Shown here piece by piece: positions 44,772 through 55,723 of a stretch of DNA of 64,000 nt. The stretch's first letter is position 1. Each line of letters begins with the position of its first letter. Source of the DNA: Histomonas meleagridis 2922-C6/04-290x (taxonomy: Eukaryota; Protista; Parabasalia). Below the pieces are notes generated by a model that was not told the origin of the DNA, searched no databases, and saw nothing but the letters and a program-made list of their open reading frames with translations. Where the stretch lies: the NCBI GenBank assembly GCA_020184695.1, contig JAANOX010000007.1, positions 1 through 64,000 on the forward strand, written 5' to 3'. The position numbers were made by a program, and so were the translations under genes.

Positions 44772-45488
44772 ATGCTTTTTTTACTCTTTTCTTTAGGGTG
44801 CGCTCATTACCCTCATCGAACATATGGTAAGAGGAAGCCCTCATCTACTTACAAGCCTACCGTCTCTAAGAAACCAACTTCCACAACAAAACCTTACTGG
44901 ACAAGAAATTATAATGATAATAAGAAGACTCCATGTTATGGTAAAGCATCAAGCATTCTTCCTAGCATTGTAATGGTTGCTTTCTACCTTGGTTTTATCG
45001 CTATTCTCACAGGAATTATTTATTGCATATTTTCAGCTTGCTCTAGTTCTCGTAACAACGAAAATGAAAATATCCCAATGGTTTACAACAATGAAAGACC
45101 TGAGAGAACACGCAGGAGGCATGGTCGCTCACAAAGAAGATCTCAAAGAACTCCACAACCACAATATCAACAAGTTCCACAACAGCAACCACAGTCTCAA
45201 CCACAGTACCAACAAGTTCCACGCGCACAACCACAATATCAACAAGTTCCACAACTACAACCACAATACCAACAAGTTCCACAACCACAACCAGTATATT
45301 ATGTTGTTCAAACCCCATCTCTTCCACAATATATCCCACCTGTTCAACAACCAGTTCAACAACAAGCTCCACGTCAATATGTTCAAGTTGTTCCTACACC
45401 ACCACAATATGTTCAAGTTGTCCCACAACCCAATTCAGTTCCTCAATATCAACAAGCACCAGTTAGAGCTGTATACCCAAGGCCTTAA
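44772..45488 (+). CDS. Single-pass membrane protein with signal peptide and Gln/Pro-rich cytosolic repeats
   Basis: MLFLLFSLGCA signal, a K/P/T-rich ectodomain, TM ILPSIVMVAFYLGFIAILTGIIYCIF, and QPQYQQVP repeats. Confidence 0.8.
   Translation: MLFLLFSLGCAHYPHRTYGKRKPSSTYKPTVSKKPTSTTKPYWTRNYNDNKKTPCYGKASSILPSIVMVAFYLGFIAILTGIIYCIFSACSSSRNNENENIPMVYNNERPERTRRRHGRSQRRSQRTPQPQYQQVPQQQPQSQPQYQQVPRAQPQYQQVPQLQPQYQQVPQPQPVYYVVQTPSLPQYIPPVQQPVQQQAPRQYVQVVPTPPQYVQVVPQPNSVPQYQQAPVRAVYPRP
45153..45297 (+). repeat. Intragenic (Q)PQYQQVP tandem repeat
   Basis: Recurrent CAACCACAATATCAACAAGTTCCA units. Confidence 0.85.
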
Positions 45489-45972
45489 GCTGAATTAATT
45501 AAACGGTAATTAACCTCACCAATTTTAAACCTCTTTTATGTGGTCGAGCGGTTTTATAAAACATGTGAACGATTTCCCAAATTGAATGCTTATCGTTGTC
45601 ATCTGCCAACAGTTAGCTAAATTGTGTTGAAATTGATCGTTTTGAGTTAGCATTCAAAAAACCGCCAGGATGTGGGGTGCCCTGATTTTGTCGTTGCAGA
45701 AATAACCTCCTTCCAATGTGTATAGGGGCCTTCGGCCTTTTCTGCTGAACCCTTCGAAAATAAACATAAGGTACTCACAATTTTGGAATAAATTCCGATG
45801 ACTCCTTCACCCAAAAAAATTCATTTTATAACGACGGTTTGTACATTCAAAATATTTTAAAACCATTCAATTTGGAAAAATCGCCAAAAAGCCGATGACA
45901 TCAGTTCACGTCAATCGATTTTTTGTAAACTTATCAATTATCAACTAAAATGATCTCAAATCAAATAAATTT

Positions 45973-47946
45973 ATGAACGTTCTATCTATTTTTGCTCTTC
46001 TCTTTGCAATAACAGTTGAATATTTTTCAGATGGAACACTTGAAATTAATGAAACAAGTGAATTTACAACAGAATTTAAAGAAGTAACGTCGCGTGTTAT
46101 AATTGGTGGTAACATAACAATAATTCCAAATCGATCTTTTTACAATTGGGACAAGCTGTTATTTGTTGATATTTTAAGCCCAGTTCAAGAAATTGGAACT
46201 TCTGCGTTTCATTATTGTTTTGAAATAATATCAATTAACATAGGAAATAGTGTAACAATTATAGGAAATTCATCATTTTATGAATGTTCTTCTTTGAAAA
46301 ATCTGACAATTCCAAATTCAGTCACAACAATTGGAGATCATGCATTTTTCTTTTGTAATGAATTAGAATCAGTCATCATCGGAAACAACACCAAAACCAT
46401 TGGAGCCAAAGCGTTTGCTGGTGGGAACAGCCTTCAAAATTGTACAATTCCAGATTCGGTCATCTCAATTGGAGATTCTGCATTTGCTGATTGTTTCTTT
46501 TTAGAGCTAACAAACGTTGGGGATTCGGTCACAACCATTGGAAATTCAGCTTTTAATAATTGTCGATCTCTCAAAAATATAATAATTCCCGACTCAGTCA
46601 TTACAATTGGCGATTCTTCATTTAGTTACTGTTATTACTTAGAGACGATTAGCATTGGAAAGAATGTTCAAACAATTGGAAGTTATTTCTTATATAAATG
46701 TTCTCTTTTATTAACCATCGAAATTCCTAATTCTGTTGTCACAATTGGCGAAAAGGCATTTTTTGCATGTCATTATATCAAAACATTTCATATAGGAAGT
46801 AATGTTAAAGAGATCGGACAAAATGCATTTGAAACATGTACAAGACTACAAACAATTACAATATCGAAAGACAACAAATATTACAGTAATTATAATGATG
46901 ACGGAATTATATACGATAAGAATTTAACAAAAATTATTTATTTCTCAGAAGGTAATACATTACAAACATTTAATATACCAACTTCCGTTGAGATAATTGA
47001 AGTATTTGCGTTTCATAATTGCGAAGTTTTGGAATCATTAACAATTGGAGAAAATGTTAAAGAAATTTCATCTAATTCGATTTTCAATTGTAAAAAACTT
47101 AAAAACATAAAAGTCGATAAAGAAAACAAATATTTCACTAATTATAATGATGATGGAATTCTTTACAATAACGAAATGACAAAGTTAATAAGTTATCCAA
47201 TCGAGAAAGAAGATACATATAATTTACCAAATTCCATTACTGTAATTGGAGATAATTCGTTTTATAAATGTAGGAACATAAATTATATTAATATAAATAA
47301 TAATAACTTAAAAGTTATTGGAAATTATGCATTTTATGAATGTTACTTCTTAAAAGAAATTACATTTCCAAATTCATTGACAACAATTGGCGAATATTCA
47401 TTTGTTGATTGTTTGATGTTAAATGTAAGTAATTTTAGTGTTAACTTAAGAGAAATTGGGAAACATTCGTTTTATCAATGTATTAATTTAATGAGTTTTA
47501 TATTTACTGATTATGTTAATGCAATTAATGAATATACATTTTATAAATGTTTTAATTTGAAATCAATTAAAATCGGTAAAAACTTAAAAACTATTGGAAA
47601 TTTCTCATTTTATCAATGTATTCGGCTTAAATGTTTTTATTTTTATGGCGAAAATGAGCCAATTATTAAAGAAAACGCTTTCGTTGATGTGAAATTGAGT
47701 TTTGTAATGGTAAATTCCGATTATAAATGTGATAAATTCGGAACTTTTAATGTTTCGTTGAATGTTTTGGTTGAGTGTAATGATATTGAACCAGAACCGA
47801 AAAAAGATAATACTTTGGCAATTGTTTTGGGTGTTTGTATACCAATTGTTGTGATTTTGATTGTCGTTTTCATTGTGTTTTATGTTAAAAAATATTCAAA
47901 GGATAATAAGAATTATGTAAATGATAATCCTTTGATAGAGAAATAA
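45973..47946 (+). CDS. BspA-like leucine-rich-repeat (LRR_5/TpLRR) surface protein
   Basis: Signal peptide, many xxIPNSVTTIGxxAFxxCxxL repeats, Y.N.DGILY inserts, TM LAIVLGVCIPIVVILIVVFIVFYV and a short tail. Confidence 0.93.
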   Translation: MNVLSIFALLFAITVEYFSDGTLEINETSEFTTEFKEVTSRVIIGGNITIIPNRSFYNWDKLLFVDILSPVQEIGTSAFHYCFEIISINIGNSVTIIGNSSFYECSSLKNLTIPNSVTTIGDHAFFFCNELESVIIGNNTKTIGAKAFAGGNSLQNCTIPDSVISIGDSAFADCFFLELTNVGDSVTTIGNSAFNNCRSLKNIIIPDSVITIGDSSFSYCYYLETISIGKNVQTIGSYFLYKCSLLLTIEIPNSVVTIGEKAFFACHYIKTFHIGSNVKEIGQNAFETCTRLQTITISKDNKYYSNYNDDGIIYDKNLTKIIYFSEGNTLQTFNIPTSVEIIEVFAFHNCEVLESLTIGENVKEISSNSIFNCKKLKNIKVDKENKYFTNYNDDGILYNNEMTKLISYPIEKEDTYNLPNSITVIGDNSFYKCRNINYININNNNLKVIGNYAFYECYFLKEITFPNSLTTIGEYSFVDCLMLNVSNFSVNLREIGKHSFYQCINLMSFIFTDYVNAINEYTFYKCFNLKSIKIGKNLKTIGNFSFYQCIRLKCFYFYGENEPIIKENAFVDVKLSFVMVNSDYKCDKFGTFNVSLNVLVECNDIEPEPKKDNTLAIVLGVCIPIVVILIVVFIVFYVKKYSKDNKNYVNDNPLIEK

Positions 47947-48096
47947 GTAAAAAATAAAATATTATTCGTTTTGATGGTATTAAAAATTTATCGTTTATTA
48001 ATTCTTTAATATTTGAGGTGAATAATTATATATTTTAAAAAGAATAGATTTAAAACAAATTTGTTTATTTATGTTTCATATGGTTATGATAAAAAT

Positions 48097-49585
48097 TTAT
48101 TTCTTTTTAAGGAGTTGTACAATTTCTGGATAATTTTTTTTATATGCATACTTAAGTGCTGTTTTAAATAATTTAAATAATTTCCAAATATTATTTTGAA
48201 ATATAAAATTTTGAAAATAGATTTTAAATGAAAATTAAAAATGTCTTTAGCTTTAACATCAATTCCTTCTTGTTTAAGAAGTAATTTAACGATTTCTATA
48301 TGACAATATTTAAATGCTTCCAGAAGTGCTGTTTCAAGAAATTTAAAGAATTTCCAAATATTATTATGAAGTCCTAATATATTAATGAAAATATTATTTT
48401 TCGCATTAACATCAATTCCTTCATGTTCAAGAAGTAATTTAACGATTTCTATATGACCATTTTCAGATGCTTTCATAAGTGGTGTTTCAAGAAATTTAAG
48501 TAAATATTAAATAATATATAGCATGTAAGTATATATATTAGTATTAATATCTACTCCCTTATTCTCAATAAGTAATTCAACTAATTCCAAACTACTTCTC
48601 TGAAATGAAAAAATAAAAGCTGCATTAAATATATATTATAAATTAAAAATATTATATTGGAATATTAAAAAAAAAAATTAAAAACTAGTTTGGTAATTTT
48701 ATCTTCAATATATGAATTGTCAATTAAATAATCAAAAAGTTCTTTATTTTCAGAAACAGTAGAAATTTTCAAAAAATGTATTGAAATCGGATTTTTTTCA
48801 TGAAAATATTGTAAAATATAGAAATTACCTACTTCTAATGACTCAATAATTAATAATTCATTAACTTTCATTCCTACTTTTTCAGAAATGAAAGAATTTC
48901 ATAATTATTATGCAAAACGCACTCACTTCCTAATTTTTCTAAATTACTAATTTCTTCAATTTTATTATCATAAATATATTTAAAAATATCATTTCGATGA
49001 AATTCAATTGCAGCTTTATATGCATCTTTAAATGATGAATGATTTTGTTCACATAAATGAACATTTTCAATGTTTCCACCTGCAATTGCATATTTGCCTG
49101 TGTTTTCTACATTTGCACCATTCATAAGTAAATATTTAAAACATTTGATAGCAGAAAAAAATGCTGCATAATCAATTAATGAAACATTGTTTTTATTAAT
49201 AAATGAACATCTTTCATAAACTGATGGTTCAATTGTTTGATTAAAATCAAAATCGCTTTGTGATGATATTTCTTGAAGTTTTTCTATTTCATCATTTCGA
49301 ATTATTTTTGCAATTTCATTTGGATTATGTCCTTCTTCAATATATTTCTTATGAAGTTCCCAATCATTCTTTGAAAGTTCTTCGTAATTATTAAAAAATT
49401 CATCAATAAATTTGATTGAATGAAAATTGTACAAATAATAAAATTAAATGAATATGAAAATTCTTAATCAAAATAATTCAGAGTTAATTCAACAGATTTA
49501 TCGATATTTTCATTGTTTAAGTCGAATATAATTTTTTTAAGATATTGGAGTATTTGTAAATTTTTATCGAATTTATGAACATTTA
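48097..49585 (-). pseudogene. Paralog of the DUF3447-ankyrin gene with internal deletion, frameshifts and linker-interrupted ankyrin modules
   Basis: 48874-49434 is highly similar to the 9711-11204 ORF (LSKND.ELHKKYI.EGHNP.EIAKIIRNDEIEKLQEISSQ). Ankyrin modules follow, ending KTALKYAYKKNYPEIVQLLKKK* at 48097, separated by linkers of about 62, 51, 63 and 80 nt. Confidence 0.75.
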
Positions 49586-49725
49586 TTTTGCCACTTTCCT
49601 ATCGAACTATTACTATAGTACCACATCAATTCATCGCTCATCGAGTCAAAATTGACGAAGTCTGTTCGCGTCAAAAATTCAAATCACATTTCATGACAAA
49701 TTTAAGATTTAATTTCAACAAAATT

Positions 49726-52700
49726 TTATTGTTTTTTCTCATCCATTGTTGCATTATTATTTGTAATTTTCTGGGTTCTTTTTTTCTTCTTGAACAACAA
49801 AGAAGACAAAGACTTCACTATTGCCCATTTCAAATTCTTCTTCACTATTCTTGTCAATCTTTCCTTTGTTCCGAACAAGTCATAGTAATGGAATCCCGGA
49901 TACGAGAATCCTCTGTCCAAGAACTCTGACAGCAATCCCTGGTCCTTTCTTCTTACGCAAATGCCAGCCCTGAAAGGGTGAAACTGGAAATTCTGGCAGA
50001 AGAATATGTTTTGGTTATTCTGCGTCTGTATATCCGCTGCAGTTTCGTTCAATGCGTTAATCATTTCGTCTTCCAAATCGTTTTGTTCATCCATTTCATC
50101 TTCTTCGTCCAATATGTCCAACATTCTTAATTCGTCTGACGAAGGGAAATATTTTATTAATCGTTTAAAGAACGGCATATTAATTCTTATGACAAAAGGC
50201 GTTACGTTTATATCTATTTTTTGGAAGACGGGACATTTCATTATGGAATAAGCTTTGTTTAAGTTTACTGTTAAGAACTTCTCTTTTTGCGTCTCAAAGA
50301 TCATTGAGAAGACATCAGATGATTGTTCATCTCGAGCAATTATTTGATTAATGATGATTGACATTGTTTCACTTTTATCTTGTTTTTGGATTAAGTCGAT
50401 TATTATTTTATTTGCGTTTAATGATGCAATTACTGTTTTATCTTCCATTAATAATCGCAAATTAATTTTTTCTAATTTGATGTTTAATGTTTTTATTAAG
50501 TTTTTCATTTTGTTTGGTATTTTGAGTTTTTTGTTCTCTTGGAATTTGAAGTAATAATGTTTTATTGTCGGAATGAATATACAAAAGTCTTCTTCCGTCG
50601 GATTTATTGATATAATTTTGTTGTTAATTATTTGGATTTGATAATTACTTGCTTTAGCAAATTGATATTCAAATAACTCTAATGAAAATAATGGAACACT
50701 ATTCGATGTAATGAAGTTAATCGATGATATCATTACTGAATGTAATTTGTTGTTGTTGTCATCAAGTTTTTGTTGGTAACTAACTGTACGTGAATTTGAT
50801 TGAATGATTCGATTTTCATCATCGAAACAAATCCGTAATATCATTGTCTCGATCGCAAAAGCAAATGAATTCTTATAGAATTGTATTTGTAAATCAATTT
50901 CATTGTTGATTTGACTTGATAAATATGTTTCTTTTGTTACTTTTGGTGTATTTGTTTCAGGTAATTTAATGTTAATGTTATTAATACATTTAAATATTCG
51001 TGAATGAATTTCGGAAATTAAATCTGAAACTATAACTATGATATAACCTTCATTTAAATCGAATTTAAGATTTATAAGTTTTAATTTTAATAATGCTTGT
51101 TCATTAAATGTTGTTAATATTTTGAATTTCGATGATTTCGCTGATAATTTTAATTGATTTTTAGATGTTAATCGAAAGTTAATAGGTTCCCCTTTAGTTC
51201 TGACTAAAAATGACCCTTGGTTAAGTAAGATATTAAAATGTGGAAATGTAATATTTGCTTCTATTCCATATAATTTAGGATTCAAATTCTTATTAACAAA
51301 GAATTGAACGGGGTTTACATAACCGTTCATTATCGGCTTCTTTGAAAATGTGTTAAGTAAATCATTCAAATAATCGAGATTGAAAATTGCATAATTATTT
51401 GCTTCGGGAAATGTAACATTAAATTGTATTGAGTATGTATGCGTTCTATATTCATAATATGGATCATACGTCGGATCTGGCATTCTATATGAGTTATATT
51501 TTATAAAAACAGGCCGAGGTTTAGTTTGGTTTGGATTAAATGATTTAATGTTCATATAAATGTTTGGATATGGTAAACTTCCAATGAATTTGTAGTCAAG
51601 ATTATGTAAAATCTTAATGTTTATCATGTCACTTGTGATGTTAAAATCTTTCCCATTATATATAGTATTTAAATTAATTAATTGGAATTTTAATGGTGGA
51701 AAATTAGTATATACATTCTCATTTGTTAAATATCCAACTTCGAAATTATTAGCATGTAAATCAAATTTGAACCTATAATTAATTCGATAATTATCAAATA
51801 GACGTAATCTTTGGAATACATATTTCTTAAGTTGAAATCTCTTCATTCCAATTTTACGGTTTTGATCGGCCTCCTTAAAAGCGGGCGACTTTTTGAATAC
51901 GATCTCTTTTGAATTTGAATGAAGCTCGATAAAAGAAACCGACTTTGTCGCTAAAGAGGGAACGTTAAATACCGTTTTGCCGTTATCACAAGTGATTCTG
52001 ACATGTTTAAAGTCTTCGCGTAATTTACCAATAGGACCTCCTTTTAAGAAATAGCCAGTGTTATTAAAGTCTACGAAAGTTAATAACTTAGTAACTTTAC
52101 CCATTGATATTTCGAATAAAGAAGAATTTAATGTGATTTTTCCACCTGAAATTTTACCAATTTCTTCTTCATTAACTTCGGGTAAAATTTCTTTGATTTT
52201 GTTTAATCCTTCATTAAAGTTCTTTATCGCAGGTCCATCCATTATAAACTTAAAGTTCTTAGTATTAATCGCTATTAAATCTTCTTTTTCATTATTTTTC
52301 GGCATTTGATTAAAACATTCTTTATATAAATTAAATAATAATTCGTTGCTTTTCTGCTCGAAAATGTTTTGATTAAATTTAATTCTTTTCTTCGCAGATA
52401 TTATTTGTATTGCTCTATTTTGTCTCATCATTAATCCTTCCATTGCAGATCTTTTCGCTTCGAATGCTTTTGATATTGATTGACATAATTCATTCTCTTT
52501 TAATGATACTTTAAATGCTTCTGATTCAAGTGAAAATATTTTCGATGTCGGAGGAAGTTCTTTACGATTTGCTAATGGTGGACCTCTTCTTTGTTTACTC
52601 ATAAATGAATTCATTCCAAAGAATTCGAAGATCATCGATTGTTGTGGGAATGAATTAGTTAAAAACATTTCGCAATTTGTACAAATGATTCCGAAATTTG

Positions 52701-54012
52701 GCTTTGCAAAATTAATTCTAACTCGTGAGCCTTCAAAGAATCGATGTATAACTGGTGGCGATATTTGATTCACTATTAAATGTTTCGACGAAATGATTTT
52801 GTTCTTTAATTGGAATGATTTAAATAAGAATTCATATTGATGCATATCATGTAAACAATATTTAATCTTCGAGATTTGTTTCGATGTAACTATAAATGAA
52901 TTATCACTTTGTTTTGTTGTTGTTGTTGTTGATGTTTTCTTTGGTGAACTCTTTGAGTGATTTAAAAATCGCGTTAATAATGATTTGTCAATTAGTAATG
53001 TCGAACAAACTGTTAATTCGAAATCTTCTAATATCAAATGTTTGTTTTCTAATTCTAATGATTTAACTGAAAATAAATGCGACGAATTTCGTGTGGAATT
53101 GATTACGCCGGTGGAAATCCTTCCATTGGTATATTGTATGTCATTTATTTCGAAGTTTATTTGCTTAGTGTGTAAGTCTAATTTGGTTAAATGTATTTTT
53201 AATGGAGAAATTTGAACATTAGAAACAGCTTCTTGTTCTTGTGGGACAACACATGACATCGTAAATTGTTCAGTAGTTATAAGGCCGTCATCATAATTAA
53301 GATTAACTTTAGAAATTGTATCAACAAAAACTGAAAGTTGACTGCCAAGAAGATACTTAAGAGAATTCATGGAACTGGTGGTCTTAACTTGGATTTCCGG
53401 AATACGAATAGATAATGGGCCTTTGGAAAGATAAAGTTCAGTGATTTGTAAATCAGCTTTGAGTGTTTTGATTTCGGGAATAATTATCCAGTCAAAAATA
53501 ATGGAATGAATAGATGTTGTGGAATTTTTAACCTGAAATTCGATGTCTTTGATGGTGATTTTAGCTGATTTAATAAAAAGTACAAAAAATATGTAAAATA
53601 AATGTTCAAGAATCCACCTACCAAAAGGTGTGGCCTTGTGTTGCTTCTCTTTGTTTTCTTCATTTTTGGAAATTTGAGCAAAATGAAATTTAGTAATTTC
53701 AATATCAACAATGTGTACTTTATTAGACGTATTTGTTTTAAAGAAATGAAAAGAAATATCAATGTCTTCTACCACAAGTTTTTTTGATGGAGAAGAACCA
53801 CTGATTTCACAAAATGAGAAAAAGTTAATGCTTGGAATTACTTTGCTTTCATTACTAAATATTTTGTTCATTGTTTTTTTGATTATTTCGATTAGGATCC
53901 AGCGTAATAATATACATGTAATAAATATGATTAAAGAACAAAAAAATGAAAACCCAAGCAAAAACATCCCAAAATGTGACAGACATGTGACCATATAAGC
54001 ATTGAAAATCAA
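49726..54012 (-). CDS. Large beta-rich protein, probable bridge-like lipid transfer protein (FMP27/Hobbit/BLTP2-like)
   Basis: N-terminal TM anchor and long amphipathic beta-strand-like repeats. C-terminal VTPFVIRINMPFFKRLIKYFPS and LTRIVKKNLKWAIVKSL resemble the Apt1 region as recalled. Confidence 0.55.
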   Translation of the reverse strand: MIFNAYMVTCLSHFGMFLLGFSFFCSLIIFITCILLRWILIEIIKKTMNKIFSNESKVIPSINFFSFCEISGSSPSKKLVVEDIDISFHFFKTNTSNKVHIVDIEITKFHFAQISKNEENKEKQHKATPFGRWILEHLFYIFFVLFIKSAKITIKDIEFQVKNSTTSIHSIIFDWIIIPEIKTLKADLQITELYLSKGPLSIRIPEIQVKTTSSMNSLKYLLGSQLSVFVDTISKVNLNYDDGLITTEQFTMSCVVPQEQEAVSNVQISPLKIHLTKLDLHTKQINFEINDIQYTNGRISTGVINSTRNSSHLFSVKSLELENKHLILEDFELTVCSTLLIDKSLLTRFLNHSKSSPKKTSTTTTTKQSDNSFIVTSKQISKIKYCLHDMHQYEFLFKSFQLKNKIISSKHLIVNQISPPVIHRFFEGSRVRINFAKPNFGIICTNCEMFLTNSFPQQSMIFEFFGMNSFMSKQRRGPPLANRKELPPTSKIFSLESEAFKVSLKENELCQSISKAFEAKRSAMEGLMMRQNRAIQIISAKKRIKFNQNIFEQKSNELLFNLYKECFNQMPKNNEKEDLIAINTKNFKFIMDGPAIKNFNEGLNKIKEILPEVNEEEIGKISGGKITLNSSLFEISMGKVTKLLTFVDFNNTGYFLKGGPIGKLREDFKHVRITCDNGKTVFNVPSLATKSVSFIELHSNSKEIVFKKSPAFKEADQNRKIGMKRFQLKKYVFQRLRLFDNYRINYRFKFDLHANNFEVGYLTNENVYTNFPPLKFQLINLNTIYNGKDFNITSDMINIKILHNLDYKFIGSLPYPNIYMNIKSFNPNQTKPRPVFIKYNSYRMPDPTYDPYYEYRTHTYSIQFNVTFPEANNYAIFNLDYLNDLLNTFSKKPIMNGYVNPVQFFVNKNLNPKLYGIEANITFPHFNILLNQGSFLVRTKGEPINFRLTSKNQLKLSAKSSKFKILTTFNEQALLKLKLINLKFDLNEGYIIVIVSDLISEIHSRIFKCINNINIKLPETNTPKVTKETYLSSQINNEIDLQIQFYKNSFAFAIETMILRICFDDENRIIQSNSRTVSYQQKLDDNNNKLHSVMISSINFITSNSVPLFSLELFEYQFAKASNYQIQIINNKIISINPTEEDFCIFIPTIKHYYFKFQENKKLKIPNKMKNLIKTLNIKLEKINLRLLMEDKTVIASLNANKIIIDLIQKQDKSETMSIIINQIIARDEQSSDVFSMIFETQKEKFLTVNLNKAYSIMKCPVFQKIDINVTPFVIRINMPFFKRLIKYFPSSDELRMLDILDEEDEMDEQNDLEDEMINALNETAADIQTQNNQNIFFCQNFQFHPFRAGICVRRKDQGLLSEFLDRGFSYPGFHYYDLFGTKERLTRIVKKNLKWAIVKSLSSLLFKKKKRTQKITNNNATMDEKKQ

Positions 54013-54111
54013 GGAAAAAAATTTCTTCTAAAAGAAATCAAAAGAATAAATTTTAATAAATACATAGAAAGAAAATGGTCATAAAAGATATTGTTTTTAT
54101 TGGTTTGTGCT

Positions 54112-54744
54112 TCATTTGAAGACGAAATATAAGAAGACAACTAATAAAATTACAAGAATAATTACGATGACTATCCATAAAATGGCAGTTCTCCTCTTTT
54201 GGCGGCACAACATCTTTTCGGCTTTCTCATAACCTTGGTCAGCTCCACTCTCAACTTCATATAATCCATTCATAATCTTATTTTCTTTTTCGGCTTGAAT
54301 ACCTAACTCATCGATAATACCAAAACCAGTGCCCTTAATTCCGTTGACTGTTTCGTGCATTTCTTGAAGGAGTGCTGAGCCTTGATTAAGTTTATCTCTT
54401 TGCGATACAAGTTGGTCACGTTGACTTTGAGAAGAGCCATCCAGATTTCGAGGTGATCCTAATAATTCATTTCGATTTTTAGCCATGTTGTATCTATTTT
54501 CCATTGTATTCTTTTTTTGTCTAATTTCTTTTAAGAACTTGACTGCACGCAGGTTATCATCTGCATCCATTAAAATAGATTCTCTATCGAGCTCTTCCAT
54601 GTTGGAATTTAATTCATTTAATAAATTTTCAATTTTTCTCTGATTATCAGAATTTCCTCCTTGTGAAGAATAGTTGGAAATTTCACCGTCAAGTTGGACC
54701 ATAAGATCATTGATGCTTCTTTCAAATAGCGAGAACTGTGTCAT
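54112..54744 (-). CDS. Qb-SNARE, Vti1-like
   Basis: Habc helices, RNELLGS..QRDQLV..SNARE motif with Q (ELGIQAEK), and C-terminal TM AILWIVIVIILVILLVVFLYFVF. ATG at 54744. Confidence 0.8.
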   Translation of the reverse strand: MTQFSLFERSINDLMVQLDGEISNYSSQGGNSDNQRKIENLLNELNSNMEELDRESILMDADDNLRAVKFLKEIRQKKNTMENRYNMAKNRNELLGSPRNLDGSSQSQRDQLVSQRDKLNQGSALLQEMHETVNGIKGTGFGIIDELGIQAEKENKIMNGLYEVESGADQGYEKAEKMLCRQKRRTAILWIVIVIILVILLVVFLYFVFK

Positions 54745-55706
54745 TTTGGGCAATGATTTTTTCTGAAATTTTTTGACCGAGGATGGCGGTTTATTTGGGC
54801 ACTTTACAAAAAAGCCTTCTCCTAAAGAAAAACCAAATTACCGCTTTGCAAATACAATTTGCATCATTTATACATATTTATCTGAAAAGTTTTGGATTAT
54901 TTATAATTTTAATTTCCATTGTAATAAATTTTTTAATAATGCAAATAATGCTTTTTATAATTCAAAAATTCGTAAAATAAAAATACTTTTAATACAAAGA
55001 TCGATTCTTTTTAGCGCATGAAGCAATTTTGTCATAACAACGCACGATCGTGCGTTCAAAAATTTTTAATATGTTTTGTAATGGAAAATGAATCTACAGA
55101 ATATTGAATGTTTTGCAGATATTATTTAATTAATGATGAGATTTTTTTCACATTTTCCTATGTGGATTTGATGATATTTTTTCTAAAATAATGAAAGTAT
55201 TATCAACAGCATAATTCTTATGAGCAATTAATGAATAATAGCAAATTTGTATAATAATGAGTTTCCATTATTTTAATTTCAATAAATTCATTGATAAATT
55301 TTAAATTTGTCTAAAAGATAAAACAAAAGCTCCTTAAATCTCACATTATAATGAGTGAATGAAAATAATTCATAATTGGAAAGAAAATATATAAATAATC
55401 AATACGCATTATTATTTTAAAGTGTAAATTAGATATATCTCTTGCATGTTAACATTCTAGAGTATATCCACTACTAATTACGCCCATTAAACATGATTTT
55501 TTTGGAAAATTTACACCAAAAAGTAATATAACCAAATAAGCAAAGAAAAATTCCAACGGCTATGTAAATGGAACCGTTAAAATAACTACAACACAAGTTG
55601 AACTATGAAAAAGTCATAATATTGAGATAATAATATACAAAAAACCGCAAGACCACTTATTGTAGCTACTTACGATAAAATTTGAGAGGATGATCCAACG
55701 CAAAAA

Positions 55707-55716
55707 TCATTTCACT
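55707..55716 (+). promoter_or_regulatory. Putative tandem Inr (TCATT/TCACT) for the quinone reductase gene
   Basis: TCATTTCACT ends 7 nt before the ATG at 55724. Confidence 0.6.
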
Positions 55717-55723
55717 CTTTAAT

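Noticed and set aside
54773-55021. Two short overlapping + ORFs upstream of Vti1
   Set aside because: AT-rich, no family features, and the frames conflict.
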